Positions 57,601 through 64,000 of a stretch of 64,000 nucleotides of DNA are shown here, piece by piece. The notes under the pieces are model-generated. The model was not told the DNA's origin. It was given only the letters and a program-made list of their open reading frames with translations, and made no database searches. Source of the DNA: the human T2T-CHM13v2.0 reference genome, Homo sapiens; assembly GCF_009914755.1 (NCBI RefSeq), contig NC_060928.1, one strand, 5' to 3'. The translations under genes were made by a program, and so were the position numbers. Position 1 is the stretch's first letter. Each line of letters starts with the position of its first letter.

Positions 57601-57973
57601 TGTGATCCTTTGGAGGAAAAGAGGCTCTGTGGTTTTTAGAATCTTCAGCTTTTCTGCTCTGGTTTCTCCCTATCTTTGTGGTTTTATCTACCTTTGGTCT
57701 TTGACGTTGGTGACCTACAGATGGGGTTTTGGTGTGGTCGTCCTTTTTGTTGGTGTTGATGCTATTCCTTTCTGTTTGTTAGTTTTCCTTCTAACAGTTA
57801 GGTCCCTCAGCTGCAAGTCTGTCAGAGTTTGCTGGAGGTCCACTCCAGACCCTGTTTGCCTGGGTATCACCAGCAGAGGCTCAGTTTGAAATGTAGAAAT
57901 CACCCATCTTCTGTGTTGATTGTGCTGGGAGCCAAAGTCCAGAGCTGTTCCTATTCGGCCATCTTGAAACGGA
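54680..57973 (-). mobile_element. L1PA (about L1PA6-7) with both ends present, a spliced 5'UTR and an internal ORF2 deletion
   Basis: 5' end CAAGATGGCCGAATAGGAACAGCTC; ORF1 pieces (56685-57214); endonuclease MTGSNSHITILTLNVNGLN (56588); ORF2 C-terminus (54907-55480); 3'UTR and tail. Confidence 0.95.
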
Positions 57974-58944
57974 ATTCCAAAGTAATTATCATAAAGGTCA
58001 AGGAGGGCTTGCTAAGCCCTAATGTCTGAAATTTAATGAAAAAGTTTATATTTTTCCTTAGTATTCCTTTTTTTTGTTTTTATAAACATTGATAGTCTCC
58101 CAGTGATTAATGTTTATTTTGTTCTTTAAATGCCATTCCATTAAAATTCTGACTTGTTAAATCTTTTATTTCTAAAGAATGATGGGTTTTATTTCATACT
58201 CTTGTTAACACTTACAGATATATTTAGTGGGAGCTTGTTTCATGTTGTAAGGAATGACAAATAACAGTTACAACATTCTTACAATAACCATGGCTCTATG
58301 CAGTGAGTACACTACTCTTACAATACAATCACGTACTTTGTCCAAAAATTTCTCTTTGTAGACTTCTCGTTCTGCACTTCCAAGATTAGATCCTGGAACG
58401 TCTGTAACTGATATTGATGTTGAACTAGTTAGCTGTGAATTTCTGAGAACTGTTTTAATGGTGTTTTAATTTATACCAAATTTCCACAATTGGCTGAACA
58501 CAGTTGATCTTCATGGCTGTTTTGTTCCACTGATTGCTTGCTTGCTCTTGAGTGTGATTTTTGGAGGACGATTTATAGTATATTGAGGAGAATCAAGAAA
58601 AGAGAAGAATTATAACTGTGTGATTTAGAAGGATGTCTGACAGTCATTTAAAACAGCAAAATTTATACACACCAATTTCTTATTCTAATATTCCATGTTA
58701 GCATCTGAAAAAATATCTTACTTCAGTATTTTTAAAAATTTAAATGTATTATAACACTAGAAACAAAACAAAACAAAAAAATAAAAACTAGAAAGAACTT
58801 TTAGATGTGGAAAGCGAGAAGGAAAACACTTACTGCCTATATGTTAGGACTGGTTAATGTATTGGTCTCTAAGCTGATGTGGTACTGACTGAGTAATAGC
58901 CATCAAAAGAGTCCTAGTTTGTAAATATAAGCTTGAAAATACTG

Positions 58945-59140
58945 CAGCAGAGTGATTTTCTAAGTGTGGCGGTGAATCACAAACATAAAAATCACCATGA
59001 ATGCTTGTTAAAGAATAAGCATAGGTTTTAAGTATGGACTAGACAGTCAAAATCTAAAAAAATAGGTCCAAAAATTTATATTATTAAGAGGCTCACTCAG
59101 ATAATTCCTATGCATGCTAAGGTTGTGGAAGCACAGCTAT
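58945..59140. mobile_element. MER5A-like hAT element
   Basis: 'aatcacc..gaatgcttgttaaa' and 'gataattcctatgcatgctaaggtt'. Confidence 0.6.
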
Positions 59141-59143
59141 AGT

Positions 59144-59181
59144 TTGTGTGTGTGTGTATGTGTGTGTGTGTGTGTGTGTGT
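59144..59181. repeat. (GT)n microsatellite
   Basis: Seen directly, one interruption. Confidence 0.9.
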
Positions 59182-59570
59182 AATGTGTATTTCATTTCTT
59201 TTATTTGTTTTCCCTACTGTTTACTGAGTGAGAATTCTATGTAGAACCCGAGACTTGTCAATCAACAGCTAAGGGAATGAAACACTTTGCACTTGATGAG
59301 AATCAACATGGTTTTCCTGAAGATATTTCAACCCATGTTGGACATTCGAGATCTGATCCAAAATAAAGAGGTTCATCCCCCTTGGACTTCAGCCTTGCCC
59401 TGCATACATCTTTTCTATCTCATTGGTAAGTGTCAAAATGTCAATGAAGATAAAATAAAAGGGAATGTTTCTGTTTGCTTATATGCTGGCTTAGTGATTT
59501 TATTTGATAGAGAAAACAAAGCCTCACCAACTACAAACAGCTATTTTGCTAAGCCCAGAGTTGATGCAGT

Positions 59571-59606
59571 AAAATATGTGCTTTGGGGAAAATATGTGCT
59601 TTGGGG
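59571..59606. repeat. Perfect 18-bp tandem duplication AAAATATGTGCTTTGGGG x2
   Basis: Seen directly. Confidence 0.92.
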
Positions 59607-60132
59607 AACTTGTTCATAGTTAGTCTTGAGGTTGACATTAGCAGTTGTGTTACAGAATGAAGTTATTTACTGATGATTACAATAATCTGAGATGTCTGGA
59701 GGACAAGGATTACATATAGAACAGAAACACAAACATTAGGGAGACATTATCATTGAGGATATGAAAAAGACTCATAGCTTACTGAAATACATTCTTTTGC
59801 ATTTTTTCAGACATGTTCTTATGCTAGCTATCATTTTGTGCTCAGAAAATAACCTAAATTCCCAAAAAGGAATATTAGAGTCCATCCCCTTCAATGAATT
59901 TTTTCATGATGAACATAATGAAAAATAAAAGCACCTGCTATAACAAGTATAAATTCACTTTCCCCTTGACCTTCCAATAGACAAAAGATCTAGGAGACAA
60001 AATACGAGGCTCAGACTAATGGCTTTTTAAGAAGTTCACTCTAATGGAAGCCAGACTCCCTCTCCACCACAGTGGCCTCTCCTAGTATAAATTCTGTAAG
60101 AAAAAAACATACATCAATGGATGAGACTTCAC

Positions 60133-61275
60133 CAGAGGCAGATCTGGGGGCAAAGACAGAATTACCACAAAGCTCATGAAATTTAGGCTTGAGTCTTTCA
60201 CTTGCATTTGCTCATTCTGAGGTCATCTGGTGGGACCTAGCAATGTATTCATGGAGTCATACATTGTTTTTATTTTTTTTCTGTAAGATTTGCAAAATGA
60301 AGATGCCTTTAACGAAATCAGTTAAGATTACTTTCTCTTTCTCCACTGTCGCCATTCTTCTGCTGGGTAGCATAAGAAGTGGATATTATGGGTATATGGC
60401 TAAGGGGAAATTGAGTTGGGAAATTTAGTTAGGATTTGGTGGTATAAAATTATGTGGTATATAGTCACCTCTATGTCTCATTAAGTTATGGCTAACTGTT
60501 ACAGTGTACTACTAGCACTTTCAGGGACATGTCTACTTCTTACTGCACTGACAGCACTTGCTTTGTGTGTAAATGAGTAAGACCAGTTGTCTGATTGTAA
60601 TATAAATGTGTTTTACGGTTGTTGGTACTGGGATTCTATGGGCTGTGGAAGCAAAAAAAGTTTGAAATGTGTAGAATCATATGCTAGTTTGTGGACAATT
60701 CTTCTAATCATTGGTTTCATCAACTTATAAGCAGAGCATGTGGCTTCCTTTGTTCTCTTTTGTCAGGAAAACACTTAAAAATGCCATATATTCAAGTATG
60801 CAATGCAATGTAACTTTTTTCATTTTTGATGAAACGAATGAGAAACAGAATTTATCATGTTGCCTCTATTTCTTGTCAGTAGTACAAAAAGCAAGCATAC
60901 ATGTGTATGAAGAAGTAAGTTTCAACATTCCAACTGCATGTAATGTAACTCAAATTTTGTTTACTCCATCTTGAGAAAGACTTTCTCTTTTCCCTGTAGA
61001 AAAGAGAAAGTTTTAAAAAAGTGGTAGAAAGTGGTTTTACAAAATCTTTGTCATGTGAAATAGTGATCAAATATTACAAAGCCAAAACAAGCAGAAAATA
61101 AATTAGAGAAGGATGTTTGTATGACCTTTGTGGGCATTTAAAATATGTGATTTGCTGTGCTATTTTCTCTTGTTCTACATGAATGATTACTTTTATACCC
61201 TATGTCTTTTCCATGAAAAATGACCATCACATTTTATAAGCTTCAGGCCCCATAAATTCTTTTTTTTGTCCTTCC
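60133..61275 (+). mobile_element. hAT-Tip100 element (MER115/Zaphod-like)
   Basis: Start 'cagaggcagat...aagctcatgaaatttaggctt' and end 'taagcttcaggccccataaa' resemble Zaphod/MER115 termini. Confidence 0.55.
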
Positions 61276-62153
61276 TAGGAGGGCTAAGTAGAGTATATTA
61301 AAATGTCTAAAATATTCAAATGAAATTTAATGTGGCTCTGAACAAAAGTCGCCAAAACTGTATAGAGTAGCATTAAACCATATCAAGTCTCTGCCTCTCA
61401 ATCTTTCATTCTCTCTTACACACACAGGCACATACAACACACACAAATACAGAACCTGTCTAGTCTTTTCGTACTTTAGAGAACAGAACAGACATTCGCA
61501 ACATTCAACGTTATAATTTACATAGGAGATCAATCACCCTTACAAAGAGAAGTCTGAAGTGGGTTTTATTTTCTTGTTTCTTCAAAAAGGCAAATACTTC
61601 TATTTTATTGACACCAAATCAACTGGGAAAGTACGCTCTTCTCAAGACCCTATGTCTCTAAACAATGCTTATCTGCTTTGTGTGTCTGAGAACAATCTTT
61701 AAACTCCTCTTATATTCCTGAGAAGTTGTCTCTGATTATTTATGCTGCAGACGCTAACTAGTAAAACAACTCAAAACCACTCAGGAAAAAAACCTTCAGT
61801 TCTCTCTGGGAAAACCATAGAAAAGAAACCTCTTGATCAGATGAATAAATCATATAAGTAAATCTACAAAACTAATGATGATTTTATTTTTTTGTACACT
61901 ATCTATAAAACAAAGAGAAGTCGTTTGGCTGGGTGCTTTTACAGTAAAAGAAACTTGAAAAGTTCTCATTTAGTTCGATATTCACACTGAAGTCTTGGAA
62001 GCTAAGCAGGTCAGTGTCAGGCTCTGTACCAGCCTCTTTGCCCTTGGTCCACTCCTATGCCCTCTCCAGCACTCTGACAAGAGACAGCAGGACTATAGTA
62101 ACAATGGATTCAAGTTCAGCATCCCAAATTAAACTCAGGGCTTAAGAAATAGA

Positions 62154-64000
62154 TGGAGAGGTGGAGCAAGATGGCAGAATAGAAGGCTACACCAAGCATC
62201 CCCTCCCTACCCCCTCTCGTCTCCTGCCACAAAGCCACCAATTTAACAACTATCAACACAGAAAAAAAACACCTTCCTAAGAACCAAAAATCAGATGAGC
62301 CCTCGTAGTACCTGGTTTTATAACTTCATATTGCTGAAAGATTCACTGAAAAAATAGAAAAAACACTCCTGAATTTCAAATGCCATCCCTTCCCCAGCCA
62401 AGGCAACAACAGTGGCATGGTGCAGAGAGCTTCTCTGGGCACTGGGGGAGGGATAACGCGGCAATTGTGAGGCATTGAACTCAGTGCCGTTCTGTTGGAG
62501 CAAAAAGGAAAAGCAGACCAAACTCAACTGATGCCCATGCACAGAGGGAACATTTAAACCAGCCCTAGCTAGAGGAGAATCATGAATCCCAGCAGTTAGA
62601 ACTTGAGTACCTACAAACCTTGCCACAGAGGGCTACAGCACTCTCTGTCTTCAAGTAAATTTGAAAGGCAATCTAGGCCATAAGGACTGCAAATCTTAGT
62701 TGGGTCCTAGTGCTGAACGAGGCCCAAAGACAGGAGACTGGCGGGACATGCAACATACTGAGACAACAGCTATGGCAGCCAAGGGAGTGCTGCCATCTCT
62801 CCTCGTCTACACCCAGGCTGCACAGCTCATGGCTTCAGAAAAGACCTCTTCCTTCTGCTTGAAGAGAGAAAAGGAAAGAGTGGGGAGGACTTTGTCTTGC
62901 ATCTTGGATACCAGCTCAGCCACAGCAAGACAGGACACTGATAAAAGTCATGAGGCCTCCATTCCAGGCCCTCTAGGTCTCAGATGACATTTCTAGACAC
63001 ACCTTGGGCCAGAAAGGAGCCTACTGCTTTGAAGGAAAGGACACAGTGTCTCCAGCAGTCATTACCTGCTAATTGAAGAGTCCTTGCACCCTGAATAACC
63101 AGCAGTGATACCCAGGTAGTACATCAAGGGCCTTGGATGAGCCTCTGAGACTTGCTGTCTTCAGGTGAGACTCAGCACATTACCCACTAGGTTGGCTACA
63201 GGGCAAAACTCATTCTGCTTGAGAAAAGCAGAGGGAAAAGTAAAGGAAATTTTGTCTAGCACCTTAGGTACCAGCATGGCCACAGAGGGGTAGGACACTG
63301 AGGGGGTTCAAATATAATCTTATATTTGAAAAAACCTAAAGACTCTGCAAGAAAACTATTAAAACTGATAACAAATTTAGTAAAGTTGTAGGATGCAAAA
63401 TCAACATACAAAAATCAGTATCATTTTTAAATGCCAACAGTGTACAATGTGAAAATGAAATAACAAAGTAATCCCATTTACAATAGCCACATATAAAATT
63501 AAATACTTAGGAATTAACCAAGGAGTGAAAGATCACCATAATGAAAACTGTGAAACACTGATGAAAGAAATTGAAGAGGACACCAAAAAATGGAAAAATA
63601 TTCCATGTTTGTGGATTGGAAAAATCAATATTGTTAAAATATCTATACTACCCAAAGCAATCTACAAATTCAATGCAATCCCTGTAAAAATACCAATGAC
63701 ATTCTTCACAGAAATAGAAAAAAAAGTCCTAAAATTTATGTGAAACCACAGAAGACCCAGAATAGCCAAAGCTCTCCTAAGCAAAAAGAACTAAGCTGGA
63801 GGAATCATACTACCTGACTTCAAATTATCCTACAGAGCTATAGTAACCAAAACAGCATGGTACTGGCATAAAAACAGACATGTAGACCAATGGAACAGAA
63901 TAGAGAACCCAAAAACAAATCCACACACTTAATGTGAGCTCATTTTTGATGAAGGTGCCAAGAACATACACTGGAGAAAATACTGTCTCCTCAATAAATG
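62154..64000 (+). mobile_element. L1 (L1PB/L1MA-like): 5'UTR fused at ~63310 to distal ORF2; continues beyond the window
   Basis: 5' end 'ggagcaagatggcagaataga'; ORF2 peptide [40 protein letters not shown] (63525-63743). Confidence 0.88.

Overview
AT-rich, repeat-dense primate (human-like) genomic DNA holding the 5' part of endomucin (EMCN) on the minus strand. Coding exon 1 (45158-45221, signal peptide), exon 2 (7216-7338) and exon 3 (2337-2408) have canonical GT/AG sites and splice in frame to MELLQVTILFLLPSICSSNSTGVLEAANNSLVVTTTKPSITTPNTESLQKNVVTPTTGTTPKGTITNELLKMSLMSTATFLTSKDEG, continuing left of the window. Intron 1 is about 37.8 kb, and about 18.6 kb of upstream sequence follows. The rest is mostly transposable elements: Alu, L1, L2, MIR, Hsmar1, Tigger3/MER2, hAT elements and solo LTRs (THE1, LTR13, ERV1, MLT1). 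The most notable observation is an upstream L1PA whose 5'UTR is joined exactly at the known L1 splice donor and acceptor, a SpIRE-type spliced retrotransposed element. Others are a TSS-dependent 35-codon uORF just ahead of the EMCN ATG, a sense-oriented intronic LTR retaining promoter and polyA motifs, several nested insertions, and candidate endothelial enhancers. I see no convincing evidence of a wholly new biological system. Repeat subfamily calls come from recalled consensus sequences, not a database search.
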